Assembly (NCBI RefSeq): GCF_009914755.1 | Contig: NC_060925.1 | DNA length: 64,000 bases | Direction: 5' to 3' (one strand) | Source: the human T2T-CHM13v2.0 reference genome, Homo sapiens | Made by a program: the position numbers and the translations under genes | Part shown: positions 43,426 through 64,000 of the stretch, piece after piece | Layout: every line of letters begins with the position of its first letter | Numbering within the stretch: position 1 is the stretch's first letter | Notes under the pieces: model-generated | What the model was told of the DNA's origin: nothing | Seen by the model: only the letters and a program-made list of their open reading frames with translations | Database searches by the model: none

Positions 43426-45364
43426 CTATTTTATATATTTATAGTCGCTTTATTCATAATTGTGAGAAACTGGAAACAACACAAATGTCCTTCAATAGGT
43501 AAATGGGTAGGCACAGGAAAGAGGCAGAAAAGCCCAGGAAAAGAAAGGGGCTGGACAAAGGAATTGGGGGGAATGAGAGAACTGTTCTGTATCTTGAGTG
43601 TTGTTACAGTTATATATCTCTGTGTGTTTATTAAAACTCAGAATTGTACACCAAAAGAGCAAACGTCCCTGTTTGTAAATTATAACTTTTTTAACAAAGT
43701 TAAAAAAAAAGGAATGTTTTCTTAAGTATGAAGAAATAAGCTACTAATACAAACAATGTAAAACAAAATCAGGTCAGATCAGCCATCAGACAGATTAAAC
43801 ATGGAGAAGTAATCCAGTTGATCTACTATTGAAAACAATATAAGTTACTCTATCATTCTACTGTATTATTATTTGAGTCCTTCTCAGAAACCATAAAAGG
43901 TAGTGGCTTTGATTTATAAACTAGCAGTACTCTTACCAGCTAGCAAAGTAATGAAGAGTCCTGTGATTCTGGGATATTTTCTATTTGCATCTAATACAGA
44001 ATACAGAATGTGAATGTGCTTAGAGAAGGATAAGAAGTGAGACAATCAGGGTCTTGTATTAGTTACAGGGAAATACTCTAGCTCCAGTTCTTTAGAACTA
44101 TGCCAAGAGCTACCAAGATTGAGTAGAAGAGATAAAAAACATCTGGAATAAATGGAAAGATTGTCACATCTAGTCTCTAACACATAACCATGATTCTAAA
44201 AATAATACATACAAAATTCAGTCATTCACCTTAATAGAATTATCTTGTAGGCCACGGATAATTTTTCATCATCATACTGTAAACAATAGACACCTTTACT
44301 CTTTTCAGAGTGGCACTGAATCCTTTGTAAGGTGTGTCATCCACACTGCCAGTTAGATTCTATAGTCTCTATAACCTGGATAATCTTTGGGTATAATGAC
44401 CTATGAAATGAATTGGGAGGGCCATCTGTGGGTCTGTTTTTAAACAGGTGCTGTCCCACACTTTTTCTGAAAGTCCCTTCCATAGAGGATAAGCGTGTAC
44501 CATTCGTTCAATCAGCTTCTTCCAAAGCATTCATTCTGAGGTCACTTGCTGCCATTCTTTACATACCAGCTCTGCTGCACACAGAGACCTGGCATCGAAA
44601 TAACTTTTTCTGCTATGTGATCTAAGCCTTGATCTGGTAAGTGGTAAAGTCCTGCTGCAACATGGGCTTTGGGTAAGAGTTAATACACCCATACTGATAG
44701 TGACAAATTTGTGAACTAAGATGTTCCAAATAGCCTTAGTTGGTTGGGCCTTTAATCTGGGACCTATTAATCCACTCAGAGTTTTAAAAAAATTGGTAGA
44801 ACAGCCGCTGTCTTAAATTGATACATTGCCTCCAGGCTAAATTTTAGTTATCCTTTGTCATTCCAAACATTTCTCAAATTTGTCTTTCACTATTTGAGGT
44901 TGAGAAGAAGTAGTTGCCTCTTTCAACTCTACAAGTAGGTCCTCAAATTGGTGGACTCTTGATTCCCTTCATTGCTTACAAAACGGTCAATTCTTTTTCT
45001 CAGCTCATCTCTTTCTTGTAATAGCTTGCCAAATGCAGCCAATAGCAAATAACACACAACATTCTGTTTTCTAGCCTTCCCCCGAGCTACAAATGTATTA
45101 AGTACATGACCTGTCTTCCAAGTTACTGTAGATAACAATTTTATTAAATGTTTCACTACTGCATAGCATGGATTGCTATCTGAATCTCTGAAAACAATTT
45201 TATTGCTACCTGCTGTCGCTCTTAAATGTTTTATATTCTTGTTATTGCAGCACCCCACTTTAGATAACCATGTCTACCTTAAGTGAGGATGACCTGGATT
45301 TTGCTGTAGTAACAGCCCTAAATTCTCAGTAGTTCAAAACAATAAAGATTTATTTGTTGCTTAT

Positions 45365-45840
45365 TGCTATGGTCTGAATGTGTCCCCCAAAATTTATTGT
45401 TGAAACTTAATTGTCAATGTGATAATATATAAGAAGTGGAGACTGGCTGGTCTGAAGGTAGTCAGTTATCTCGATTGTTCACAGTCAGTTACAGATAGAA
45501 CCCTTGTTCTACTCTTTCCCCCTTCTCACTACTGCAGTTGACTAGCCTTGAAAAAAAAAAGATGTGGAGGCTTTTAGGAGTGATTAAGCCATGAGGGTGG
45601 AGCCCTCATGAATAGGATTAGTGACCTTATAAAACAGGTGCAGCGAGCTGTTCACCCCTTCTGCCATGTGACAATGCATTAAGAGACACCATCTATGAAG
45701 TAGAGAGCAAGCATTCAGCAGATTTTGTTGCCTTGATCTTGAACTTTCCAGCCTCCAGACCTGTGAGAAATACCTTCCTATTATTTCTAAATTACCCAGT
45801 CTCAGGTATTTTGTTATAGTAGCCCAAATAGACTAAGATG
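45365..45840 (+). mobile_element. MST/MLT1A-type MaLR LTR
   Basis: TGCTATGGTCTGAATGTGTCCCCCAAAAT start; TAAATTACCCAGTCTCAGGTATTTTGTTATAG...GACTAAGA end. Confidence 0.8.
45445..45560 (+). pseudogene. Y1 RNA (RNY1) processed pseudogene
   Basis: GGCTGGTCTGAAGGTAGTCAGTTATCTC-GATTGTTCACAGTCAGTTACAGAT...CTACTCTTTCCCCCTTCTCACTACTGCAGTTGACTAGCCTT matches hY1; A10 tail; TSD AAGAAGTGGAGACT / AAGATGTGGAGGCT. Confidence 0.92.
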
Positions 45841-45913
45841 CTTATGCAACTTGTCTTCACAATGTGGAGCAGAGCCCCTCAACTACCCCAAATAGACATA
45901 TAGCCTACCTCAC

Positions 45914-46426
45914 TGCCGACACCAGCTCAGTCAGGGAGACCCTAACCAGTGGCGATAGAGGAATTAAAGACACACACACAGAAATATAGAGGTGTGAAGT
46001 GGGAAATCAGGGGTCTCACAGCCTTCAGAGCTGACAGCCCCGAACAGAGATTTACCCACATATTTATTAACAGCAAACCAGTCATTAGCATTGTTTCTAT
46101 AGATATTAAATTAACTGAAAGTATCCCTTATGGGAAACGAAGGGATGGGCCGAATTAAAGGAATAGATTGGGCTAGTTAACTGCAGCAGGAACACACCCT
46201 TAAGACACAGATCGCTCATGCTATTGTTTGTGGCTTAAGGATACTTTTAAGTGGTTTTCTGCCCTGGGCAGGCCAGGTGTTCTTTGCCCTCATTCCCGTA
46301 AACCCACAACCTTCCAGCTTGGGCGTTAGGGCCGTTATGAACATGTTACAGTGCTGCAGAGGTTTTGTTTATGGCCAGTCTTGGGGCCAGTTTACAGCCA
46401 GATTTTGGGGGGGCTTTCTCCCAACA
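45914..46426 (-). mobile_element. MER9-type solo LTR (HERV-K HML-3)
   Basis: TG...CA termini, 513 bp, perfect 6-bp TSD CCTCAC; GGGAGACCCTAACC and AAAGTATCCCTTATGGGAAACGAAGGGATGGGCCG motifs. Confidence 0.85.
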
Positions 46427-46474
46427 CCTCACAGGTGGACTGTGAGATACCTGAGACTTTCTCAGGGCATACAT

Positions 46475-46765
46475 TGTAAGAGGAAAAACGAAACTGCTTT
46501 TTCTCTCTACTGACACACTTAACACAGAACACATCTGTGACCAGATGTATGGTGGTATTTCCCCACATCCAATCAATTCTGCAGCTAACACCGGCTGGAT
46601 GTCCTTTAATACAATCCAATTCTGATACTATCTACCTAGATAGTGTCAGATTCCACAGGCTCAGTCCCACAAGACTGCTCCCACTTCAGGCACAAATCGC
46701 AAGTAGTGGAGTGTTACCAATACTTCTGACCAACTGGCTATAAATCATGGTTCCCGTTATCACCT
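46475..46765 (-). mobile_element. MER21-like LTR fragment
   Basis: CAATTCTGATACTATCTACCT...GGCTCAGTCCCACAAGACTGC...TTCTGACCAACTGGCTATAAATC. Confidence 0.65.
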
Positions 46766-46963
46766 TGAAAAAACTGCATGTTTTGGGAATGGCTTAGGGG
46801 CTGGGATGAATTTGTCCCATGTCATGCTGGGTAGTCAGGTACTGCTGTCCCAACTAAGTTGCTGAAGTCCAACTAGCTTCTTACCTTGTCCTTGTGTGGT
46901 CCTGGCTGTCTGGGTAGGTGTCCTGGGTGGACTCAGTGTTTCTCTGGGTTGTGTCTGAGATGA

Positions 46964-47321
<358 letters not shown>

Positions 47322-47714
47322 TGAACTGGCCTGAGGCTCCAGTTTTGTACCCTTTACTAATAATTGTAATAATAAATCTATATAAAATATTTTTTCCAAC
47401 ATTTAGAGCTTTATGAACAGAGGAAACAAATAGCTTTCATAATGTCAAGTTATAGACTTATTTTTGTTGCAGAGAAGTACAATACTTTGTTGCAGAGAAG
47501 CTAATTAAAGATTCAAGCATAAAATATATTTGGATAATGTACTATGGGAGAAGTGGGATGGGAATATGACTTCAAGGAGAAAAAGGAATATCTAAAATTA
47601 CTTTGTTTCAGAAGAGCTTGTTTATGTATTTTTTAAATGGATGATGGTTAAGGGTCTATAAGCTACGGAAGCAGATAAACCATCAAATCTCAATGGCTTA
47701 AGTAGAAATTTCTT

Positions 47715-51891
<4,177 letters not shown>

Positions 51892-54129
51892 TAAAAATCT
51901 AATGGTTATCAGGGAGACAGATGTTAATGGGAGATTGGAAGGCAGTGGTTGGAGCAAACTATCTTTGCTAATGTAGTCAATCAACATCTAGCTGGTAGAA
52001 GGGGAAAGAGAGAGAGAGAGAGCAGCATGCAGATCGTGCATGGGTAGTTTTTATGGGCCTGATCAGGAGTAGCATAAGTTACTTTCACTCACATTCTGTT
52101 GCTCTGAATTCATTCTACACAGCCACACCTAATTTCAAGGGATGCTTTTCATCCATGAAGAAGAGTAAGTGGGTTTGGTAAACAGCTAGTTGATCTGTAA
52201 TTCTATGATGGATATAAAATTTCTAAAATACTTAGATTCATTTTTTGTAAAATAAAAAGAGCAAAGTCACAGGTCTACTTTTAAAGTTAGTATCTAAACT
52301 GCAAAAAAAAAAAATGTATTTTTTGTGAGGGCAGTCCATTGAGATTTGGGTTTGAAACATCTTTAGTTATAGCAAGCAGGCAGTAGCAATCTGACAGACT
52401 TTTCTGGTTTATAGTTGGTGTGTCGCAAGGTTGTTTATACATGAGCTTCAGCTCATAGAACTTCAGGATAAAGAGAGTTTCAATTTTAGTGAGTCCAAGT
52501 CAGAAAAATGGAAGAAAAATTTAGAAACATTAGTTTGGAGACTTATAGCCAAGAAAGAATTCAGGATTCAGGATTTCCTGCAAGGAAAATAATAAAATCC
52601 CCAAAACAATGGACAGGGTTAGGAATTTATAACAGGTACATGAAAGTTTTCTTCTGAAACATAGTTTTTCTCTCTTTAGTTCCCTACTTCTAACAAAGAT
52701 AAATCATAGAAAGACCAATCTATTTGTAAAATTATGTTTTAGTCTTATACCTGGCCTGATTATTTGCATAAAGTAAGTAAGAATAGTGATTTATCACACA
52801 GGCTCTTTTAAGTTGGTTTGTTGGAACATTTTCATAAAAAATCTCAGATTAGACTTTCTAAAAGCTTAGGAGCCAGAGCTGAGTGTGATGGTTCATGCCT
52901 GTAATCCCAGCACTTTGGGAGACCGAGGTGGGTGGATTGCTGGAGCTCAGAAGCTAGAGATCAGCCTGGGCAACATGGCGAAACACCATCTCCACCAAAA
53001 AAATAATAATAATAAAAATAAAAAAATTTAAAAAAAGTAAAAAAGCTTAGGAGCCAAGCCAAACACTATAATACCTGTACGAAAACTTCGGTGAATACCT
53101 TTCTTCTCAAGGTCCTCAAAATACATTGAGGTTCCTGGGTCTGTCCAAAAGTGAGATTCTTTACTTACTTCAAGGTCAGGGACCTTGTAAGGGAACTGTG
53201 TAGACAAGGTACCAGGTCAGTCTTTTTCCAAGTCTATTGGCTTTCTAAAGTGAACCTCAATTCCTCAAAACAGTCTAGTCATTTCTAAAAATACGACATT
53301 CCAGTCTAATCCTCAGTAATCAGCATTTCAAATTGTGTACTATTACAAAAGAAAACAAATTCTTACGAATCTATGCAAATAATTATATTGTCATAAAATA
53401 ACACTACTTGCAAATAGTTTCTAAATTTTGGAGGGATCAAATAAAGAGGTAAATATTTGAATTTGGCTCACAAAAGTATACTTTACTTAATTGGTGTAAG
53501 CTATAAATAGCTTAAAAGAAAAATGTTTACTCTGGGGAAAAAAGAATCAGCAATGTTTCAAATAAAAAGTTATGGTTAAAAAACAATTTCAGTTTTTCAT
53601 CAGTTCAGTCTCATGTACTTAAGTATTGTTCCGTGTGATTATACATTAGCAATTTTATGAGTCCACTTTTGTTCTATTAGTGTTCCAAAATTGTTTTACC
53701 CCATCTAATGATTCAATCTTGATTTCTTTAAAAAATTTTTTAAAGGATGAGCTTGCTGTTAAAAAAAAAAAAGAAAAAACAAATTTTTAAAATAGAGATG
53801 AAGTCTCGCTATGTTGCTCAGGCTGGTCTTGAACTCTGGGCCTCAAGCGATCCTCCCATCTTGGCCTCCCAAAGTGCTGGGACCACAGACATGATTCAGT
53901 CTTAAAGTCATCAGAAACATGTATTCAAGATTATTTGTTGTAGTCTTTTCCATGAATTTCCTTAAAGACAAAACTTTAAAACTTATAAAGAGAGAGGCTG
54001 AGGCAGGCGGATCACCTGAGGTCAGGAGTTTGAGACCAGCCCGGCCAACATGGCGAAACCCCCGTCTGTACTAAAAATACAGAAAATTAGTTGGGTGTGG
54101 TGGCACACACCTATAGTCCCAGCTACTCA

Positions 54130-54231
<102 letters not shown>

Positions 54232-55731
54232 TCAGAAAACAAGAGCATAAGCATAAAGCCACAGATGCTTAATTGCGGACAATAAGACTTAAAGTAACCA
54301 TGATTAAAGATGCAATTGACAAGGAAATTTGGTCATTTTTTTTGTGGCCTACAACTTTACACAATATCCATAATTGTGACTAATAACACATACCAGGACA
54401 TACCAGATTTTTAAGAATCTCATTCCATTTTGGAACACATACTAACACATTTATACAAATATGACTCGCAAAAGGCTAAACATTATTTCTTATTTCACAA
54501 TCCTTCCTGCATGATTTTAACATACCAAATAAGCCTAATATGTCTCTCTTGTACTTCCAGGGACCCTTCTGGAGTGTCCAAAAGTTAGCTTGAAGTCAAA
54601 AAGACTTAATTTAGAATTTGAAATTTGATTTTAGAAAGCCTGTCAAATATGTCAAAGATTTAAAACACTGGAACAGAAATAGGATCATAGGTCATTCATT
54701 TAGCAAAACTGATAATTAAAATAATTCAAAAAGCAAAAATCTTTTCTTTATGTTAGAGAGGGGACTCAGTTTTCTAAACTATCAAAAGGCCTAATAAAGA
54801 CAACTGGAGGCAAACAGAGTCTATCTGTCCTTCTCTTACTGTGTGCCCACTTTTTTGCAATTTACGAAAAATGAGCAACAATTTTTTTTTTTACTCATTA
54901 ATACTACGCAAAAATCTTTTTCAAAAGAGAAAAGCAAATTTTATTTATTTTAATTTTTTTAGAGACAAGAGTCTCACTCTATCACTCAGGCTGGAGTACA
55001 GTGGTATGATTATAGCTCACTGTAACCTTGATCTCTTGAGCTCAAGCAATCTTTCCACCTTACAACCTCCTGAATAGCTAGGACTACAGGCACATTCCAC
55101 TGTGCTTGGCTAATTTATACTTTTTTTTTTGCAGAGATGAGGTCTTGCTGTGTTGCCCAATCATGGCTCACTGAAACCTCACCTCCTAGACTCAAGCAAT
55201 CCTCCCACCTCAGCTCCCCAAGTAGCTGGGACTACAGGCATGTGCTTCTATACCCAGCTAATTTTTGTTTCTTACTTTTTGTAAAGACAAGGCCTCCCTG
55301 TGTTGCCCAGGCTTGTCTCGAACTCCTGAGCTCAAGCAGTCCTGCTGCCTTGGCCTTCCAAAGTGCTGGGATTACAGGCGTGAACCACTGCACTTGGCCT
55401 TGCCGACAATTTAAAAACTAGTTTTTCTTTGCCAGATATTACTAAATTGACATGAACTTGAAAAGCATTTTGGCTGATTATTTAATTTATGAACACTCAT
55501 TTATTTAAAAGTCAATTTGGTACCATGTAGATAATATAAAAAGGCAGCCATGTACACATGTATGCATAAAATACAGACAAACATAAGTAAAGATTTTATA
55601 GCATTGATTTAAAAATTTTAGCAATAAGACAGGTAAAACTCACATAAAGGGCAGTTGAATTCAAACTCTGTCATTGTAAATGGAACGAGTTAAAGTTTAT
55701 CTGTCCCACATATTCAAAGCCCTTATAAGGG

Positions 55732-55771
55732 TTTTTTTTGTTTTGTTTTTTGTTTTGTTTTGTTTTGTTTT
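55732..55771. repeat. (TTTTG)n microsatellite
   Basis: Read directly. Confidence 0.9.
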
Positions 55772-56384
55772 AGAGAAAACAGTGTAGCACATTTATATCT
55801 CACAGCACAAAGAGAATTTAAGCTTTCTGAAGAAGAAGTCAGGGTGTGTTAGAGAAAGATTAAAAATAGATGCCTAGGTAACACAAAATTATAGGAATTC
55901 ACCACAGGATTTTATAAGGAGATCAATTTTAGTTAGGTAGTTTTCAATTTAGTCTCCATTTTCCAATTGGACCACTCAGCTCAGGGTGGAGCCCATTAAT
56001 GAATAATGCCAACAAAATGCTTACAGTTTCCTGGGCCTAATACTGGTATTTGTGAAAAGCAGACACAGCTGGAAGGCAGAGCACCTAGATCCTAGAAATT
56101 TATGACCCCATTTTCACACTGAATTCCAGTTTCTCAGAGTGGAGGCAAAAGTCCAAGAGAGAAAGGTCATGGAAACAGGTCGTGCAATCTTCTACAGCGT
56201 ATCTCACTAGAAGGAAAGTTCCCCAAGGCTGGTGGGTGACTCAATAAAAGTCCCCCAAGGCTGGTAGGACTCCAGCCCACTCTGTGATCAGCCTATCCCC
56301 CATAGGAGTCTTATCCTTTGGTGGTGAGTGTTCCTACAGCCTCCAAGTTTCCAAAATGTACTTTTTAAAAAATCTAGCCATGCA

Positions 56385-56659
56385 AGCACTTTGGGAGCCC
56401 GAGGAGGGCGGATCACGAGATCAGGAGATGGAGACCATCCTGGCTAACACGGTGAAACCCCATCTCTACTAAAAATACAAAAAATTAGCTGGGCGTGGTG
56501 GCGGGCACCTGTAGTCCCAGCTGCTCGGGAGGCTGAGGCAGGAGAATGGAGTGAACCCAGGAGGCGGAACTTGCAGTGAGCCGAGATAGCGCCACTGCAG
56601 TCCGGCCTGGGCGAAAGAGCGAGATTCTGTCTCATTAAAAAAAAAAAAAAAAAAAAAAA
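56385..56659 (+). mobile_element. 5'-truncated AluY
   Basis: Perfect TSD AAAAATCTAGCCATGCAA; AluY diagnostics; variant 3' end GCAGTCCGGCCTGGGCGAAAGAGC. Confidence 0.9.
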
Positions 56660-57201
56660 TCTAGCCATGCAAAAAATAAAAATAAAAAAAAGTAGCCTCT
56701 GTGTAATACCTATTCATTGCAACCACTGTCAGCCACCTCCAAAACTGCAGCCCTCACCAGTGACTGCAGCCACTGAATGTAGAGCCAGCCATTGCATACT
56801 CAAGGATCAGGTATTCTCTCACAGTACAAAGTAACTTCTGGTACCCTCAAAGCCAAAGCTGTCAGGGAGCTCAGTGCAAATGAGAGCAGAGCTTTAGACC
56901 TGAGAAGAACCTGCTCATGACTTTTGGTGCTTCATGAAGAAGACAGAAGACCCCAAAATGTGGTCAGAGGCACCTTTTTGGTCTTCCTTAAGGAGTGTCA
57001 TAGTTGCTAGGGTTCCCCTCTAGATCTCTTCGTGTGGTATCAAAGGTGGTAAAGGAAGGAAGAATAAAAGTAAATGGGATAATAAGTCTCAGGGAAGCCA
57101 ATTTGGGGAGATTTAAAACTTCTCAAAAAAAGTCAGTGAAGTTTTACCTTTTTCTAAGCAAAAAATTATACCAACAGGAAAGGAAGCAAACAGAGGGATG
57201 A

Positions 57202-57549
<348 letters not shown>

Positions 57550-58184
57550 TAAGCCACCATGTCCAGCCCAAACATATAACTTTTTATAAAGAGTTTCAGT
57601 AAACTGAAAAAAATTCTCATGGGAGAAACAAGATCCAAAAGAGAAAAAGCAGAAAGGCCTTAAAAAAACTTTTAGTTTGAATATCAGTTTTTAATTAAGC
57701 TGGCTTCTGACCACATAAAGCTTTTTAAAAACAATCTTTTAAAATCTGTCAGAGTTTAGCCATGACAAACAGCCAATATTCTTGGTTTTGAACTTCTTTA
57801 AATCAAAGTTATCTTCCAAGTGACTCCAACCAAAACCTATAAGCCTTTTATGACTTAACCAAGGATGCATAAGGCATCTCCAAAAAGGTGCAAAGCAGTT
57901 CTCACAAGAACCAGAACTACCCCAAAGACAGCTCAAGGAAAAAAAATTTACTAGTTGCAAATGGGGTACAATATACATTTCTGACCAACCATGTTCTTTA
58001 GGGTCTTGGCTTATCAACTAACCATCTTCACATAAAGTCTCAGCAATTGCATGCCCCATAGAGGGAAGATTAAAAGAGACAAACAATTAGTAAGACAGGA
58101 AACTAAAAGCTGTCCATGGAAGGGAACAAGAACAGTAATAAATGGGTACTCCAAAAGTCAAGAGTTACACACAAATATCAAACC

Positions 58185-59045
58185 TGTAATCACCCAATGA
58201 GTTCTTCCTGCCTGCTCTACAGACAGAATCAATTCATTTAGAGCATGGCATTGCAATAGAGAAAGAGTTTAATTGATGTAAGGTCAGCCATGTGGAAGAA
58301 CTGGAGTTATCACTCAAATCAGTCTCCACGAAGGCTCAGGAGTTAGGGTTTTACACCTGAGAAGAACCTTCTCATGACTTTTGGTGCTTCATGAAGAAGA
58401 CAGGAGACCCCAAAATGTGGTCAGAGGCACCTTTTTGGTCTTCCTTAAGGAGTGTCATAGTTGCTAAGAGTCCCCTCTAGATCTCTTCGTGTGGTATCAA
58501 AGGTGGCAAAAAAGGAAGGAAGAATAAAAGTAAATGGGATAACAAGTCTCCGGGAAGCCAACGTTTTGGACAATTTGGTGGACAGGGGGATAGGGAATGG
58601 GTGCTGCAGATTGGGTGGGGATGAAATCATAGGGGTATGGAAAATGGTCCACATGTGCCAACTCCACCTTGGATAGGGGCCACAGGACCAGTTGAGTTAT
58701 GAGTCATGGGTCCAGATGGGGTCAGTTAGTTGCAAGACAGTCTGAAAAAAATCTCAAAACACCAATGTCAGGTTCTACAATAGTGATGTGATCTATAGGA
58801 GCAATTGGAGAGGTCACAAATCTTGTGACCTCTGGCCACTTGACTCCTGAGAAGTAAGGGATTATAGAAACTATATCTACATCTTATCAGCATTCAGACC
58901 CCACTCATAATCCTAACCTTATGGCCTTTCATTAGTTCTGCAAAGGTGGGTTAGCTTGGGGAAGGGGTTATTATCATCTTTGCTTTAAGATTAAACTATA
59001 AACTAAGTTCTTCCCAAAGTTAGCTTGGCCTACATCTAGGAATAT
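58185..59045 (-). mobile_element. LTR8-like ERV1 LTR containing a 207-bp local templated insertion
   Basis: TGTAATCACCCAATGAGTTC...TTGCAATAGAGAAAGAGTTTAATT...CTCAAATCAGTCTCC motifs. Confidence 0.7.
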
Positions 59046-59580
59046 AAGACTAGACTACAAGTTGAAATGTCTCCTTTTTAAATCCTGTGGGGAATCCAAA
59101 GCAGGCAGTTTTAGTGTACAAAGGATTTTAACTTTGTTTTAAATCTGATTTCTGCTTTTTTTTTTAAGGAGAATTTCTAAGGCTAGTCATGACACTAATA
59201 TGTGTCTTTCTTTCAATTTGATCCTCCCACAAAAACAAATAAGGCAATTACTTAGAATGGAGTAAAATATTTTTCAGATATAGGAGTCTTTCTAGTCCAA
59301 AGGATCCATCTTCTGGCCACTAACGATTAGAATTTCCAACTATGTATTTATTTCAATAGCAACTCAATTCAATAAACCTCTTCATGGATAGACCAGCAGG
59401 TAATTTTCCAGGTTTGGAATAAGTTTTTACCACATAAGCAAGCGTATCCCTGGAGAGGGCATAGAACAGCTAATTCCCATGATTTCCCCAAATTCACTCC
59501 CAGAAATAGGCCAAAATAGCAAAAACCTCTTGTCACAGATGGTAAAGAATGGTGTTTGTGTGCACTGTTTCTTCATGTTC

Positions 59581-60008
59581 TGCAGGGAGCAAGTCTATGC
59601 AAATCTACCCCCAAAGTTTAAGGAAGCTGAGAGGCTGAAGAAACAGGCTGACAATCCAGTTTTTCAGGAAGAAAGATTTAATAGGGAATTAACAAAGAGA
59701 AGCCATCTCTGTGTCTTGTTTGATGGCAAGACAAGATAGTGGATCCCTGCACCATTTACCCTCCCAGGCCCAGGGTTTACATACCACAGGGGAGGAATGT
59801 GTAGGACAAGTGAAGTCAACACCCAGGGAAAGGCAAGAATGCTATGTGAATCTGCCAAAGGGCAGGATTTAAAGTCAAGGTTATTTGACCTAAGGGCAGA
59901 ATTTACAGTAACAGTAAAGTAGAAATCTTAGAGGTATTCTCAGAACAGGGAATCAGAAGTCAACATTGTGGATAAGCATTCAAAATGGAATTGCTTTAGC
60001 CTCTACAC
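59581..60008 (-). mobile_element. MER83/MER84-like solo LTR
   Basis: TG...CA ends; TATGCAAATCTACCCCCAAAG...GGAAGCTGAGAGGCTGAAGAAA. Confidence 0.55.
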
Positions 60009-60546
60009 TTCAATAACCCACAAATTTATAGGGGACTACCAGTCACAGATCCTTTAATTGGTGACAACAGGTAGGTTCTCTTTGGATTAGACTTTCCCAG
60101 AACTAACGAGGCAACAAAAGTCCCTTATGGTTAAGACTTCTTATGAAGACAAACTTCCCTGGCCGAGTGTGGTGGCTCACACCTATAATCCCAACACTTT
60201 GGGAAGCAAGGCAAGAGGATCCCTTGAGGCCAGGAGTTCGTGATCAGCTTGGGCAACATCTCCCACTCCCCTAAACAAAAAAAAGAGAGAGAAATTAGCC
60301 AGGCATGGTGGTACACACCTGTAGTCCCAGCCACTGGGCTGAGGCAAAAGGATCCCTTGAGCCCAGGAGTTTGAGGATGCAGCGAGCTATTTTGCACCAC
60401 TGCACTCCAGCCTGGGTGAGAGAGTGAGACCCTGTCTCTTAAAAAAAAAAAAAAGAGACAAACTCCCCTGAGAGCTTGGCACATTCTGAACAAAGAGTGT
60501 GCTGCTTGATAGCTTATGTGTCTTGGGGTTCCCAGTCCTTTCAGAA

Positions 60547-60898
60547 CGTAAACCAAAAATAAAATTCAAAGGCCTCCCTTCAACCATCTGAATGGACTGC
60601 CTCCTTGGCCAGGACACTCTAAAATTTAACCTGAAAGACTGGTTGGGGCCATGACTGACAGGAAGGGTGGGAGGGGTTGGACATACCTTATTATACCTCT
60701 CCAGCATTAACATCAACACAGACCTTAAGTCTGATAAGAAACATTTACAATCTATTTTCTCTGAAGCCTGCTACCAATTGCCAATTGCCAATCAGAATAT
60801 GCTTAAATCTACCTATGACCTGGAAGCCCCTGCTTTGAGTTGTCCCATCCTTCCAGATCAAGCCAAAGTAAATCTTACATGTATTGATTAATGTCTTG
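60547..60898 (+). mobile_element. MER4-family LTR (interrupted by THE1)
   Basis: GTAAACCAAAAATAAAATTC...CAACACAGACCTTAAGTCTGATAAGAAACATTTACAATC...ACCTATGACCTGGAAGCCCC. Confidence 0.75.
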
Positions 60899-61682
60899 TG
60901 CCGTATGGTTTGGCTTTGTCCCTACCCAAAATCTCATCTTGAATTGTAATCCCCATACTCCCTATGTGTCAAGGGCAGGACCAGGCAGAGGTAATTAGAT
61001 CATGGGGGCAGTTTCCTACATGCTGTTCTCATGATAGTGAGTGAGTCTCACGAGATCTGATGGTTTTATAAGCATCTGGCATTTCCCCTACTTGCACTCA
61101 CTCCATCCTGCTGACCTTTGAAGAAAGTCCCTGCTTCTCCTTCGCCTTCCACCATGATTGAAAATTTCCTGAGGACTCCCCAGGCATGCAAAACTGTGAG
61201 TCAATTAAACCTCTCTTCTTTATAAATTACCCAGTCTCAGGTATTTCTTCATAGCAGTGTGAGAACAGACTAACACAGTAAATTGATACTGAGGTAGTGG
61301 GACACTGCTATAAGGATATCCAAAACTGTGGAAGTGACTTTGGAACTGGGTAATGAACAGAGGTTGGAATAGTTTGCAGGGCTCAGAAGAAGACAGGAAA
61401 ATGTGTGAAAGTTTGGAACTTCCTAGAAACTTGTTGAATGGCTTTGACCAACATGCTGATAGTGATATGGACAATGAAGTTCAGGCTGAGGTGGTCTCAG
61501 ATGGAGACGAGGAACTTGTTGGGAACTGGAATAAAGGTGACTCTTGCTATGCTTTAGCACAGGGACTGGCAGCATTTTACCCCTGCCCTAGAGATCTGTG
61601 GAACTTTGAACTTGAGAGAGATGATTTAGGGTATCTGGAAGAAGGAATTTCTAAGCAGCAAAGCATTCAAGATGTGACCTAC
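60899..61682 (+). mobile_element. THE1 (MaLR) 5' LTR (to 61277) plus start of internal region
   Basis: TATGGTTTGGCT...AATCTCATCTTGAATTG; GAGTCAATTAAACCTCT...GACTAACACA; internal ORF remnant GSEEDRKMCESLELPRNLLNGFDQ. Confidence 0.9.

Positions 61683-64000
<2,318 letters not shown>

Noticed and set aside
45445-45560. Functional Y RNA gene
   Set aside because: Has polyA tail and TSD, a mutated Ro-binding stem, no T-run terminator and no properly spaced PSE/TATA; embedded in an LTR.
56215-56272. ~30-bp imperfect tandem repeat AAAGT(T/C)CCCCAAGGCTGGT
   Set aside because: Real but a trivial slippage duplication within decayed ERV sequence; no functional indication.

Overview
Primate (human or great-ape) genomic DNA containing the complete three-exon DR1 gene (NC2-beta, TBP-binding repressor, 176 aa) on the + strand. 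CDS exons are 6367-6586, 13624-13787 and 20216-20362. It has a CpG-island/ETS promoter at about 5300-6600, a long GC-rich 5'UTR with two upstream AUGs, and a 3'UTR of about 2 kb with several AATAAA signals. The rest is repeat-dense non-coding sequence: about 30 Alu/FAM/FLAM elements, MIR/L2, MER20/MER6/MER2 DNA transposons, an old near-full-span L1MA-type element, two L1PA copies, a Y1-RNA retrocopy and a nested LTR/ERV cluster (MER9, MER21, LTR8, MER4-group, THE1). I see no convincing new protein-coding gene or new multi-gene system. The most unusual signals are: a strong-Kozak poly-alanine uORF built on the GCN repeat of the DR1 leader; two independently inserted L1PA copies 14 kb apart sharing private frameshifts and an RT-motif mutation (suggesting gene conversion); an ancient diverged tandem duplication at 30-33.5 kb; and several templated or inverted insertions. 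Repeat subfamily names come from remembered consensus sequences, not from a RepeatMasker run, and repeat boundaries without stated TSDs are approximate.
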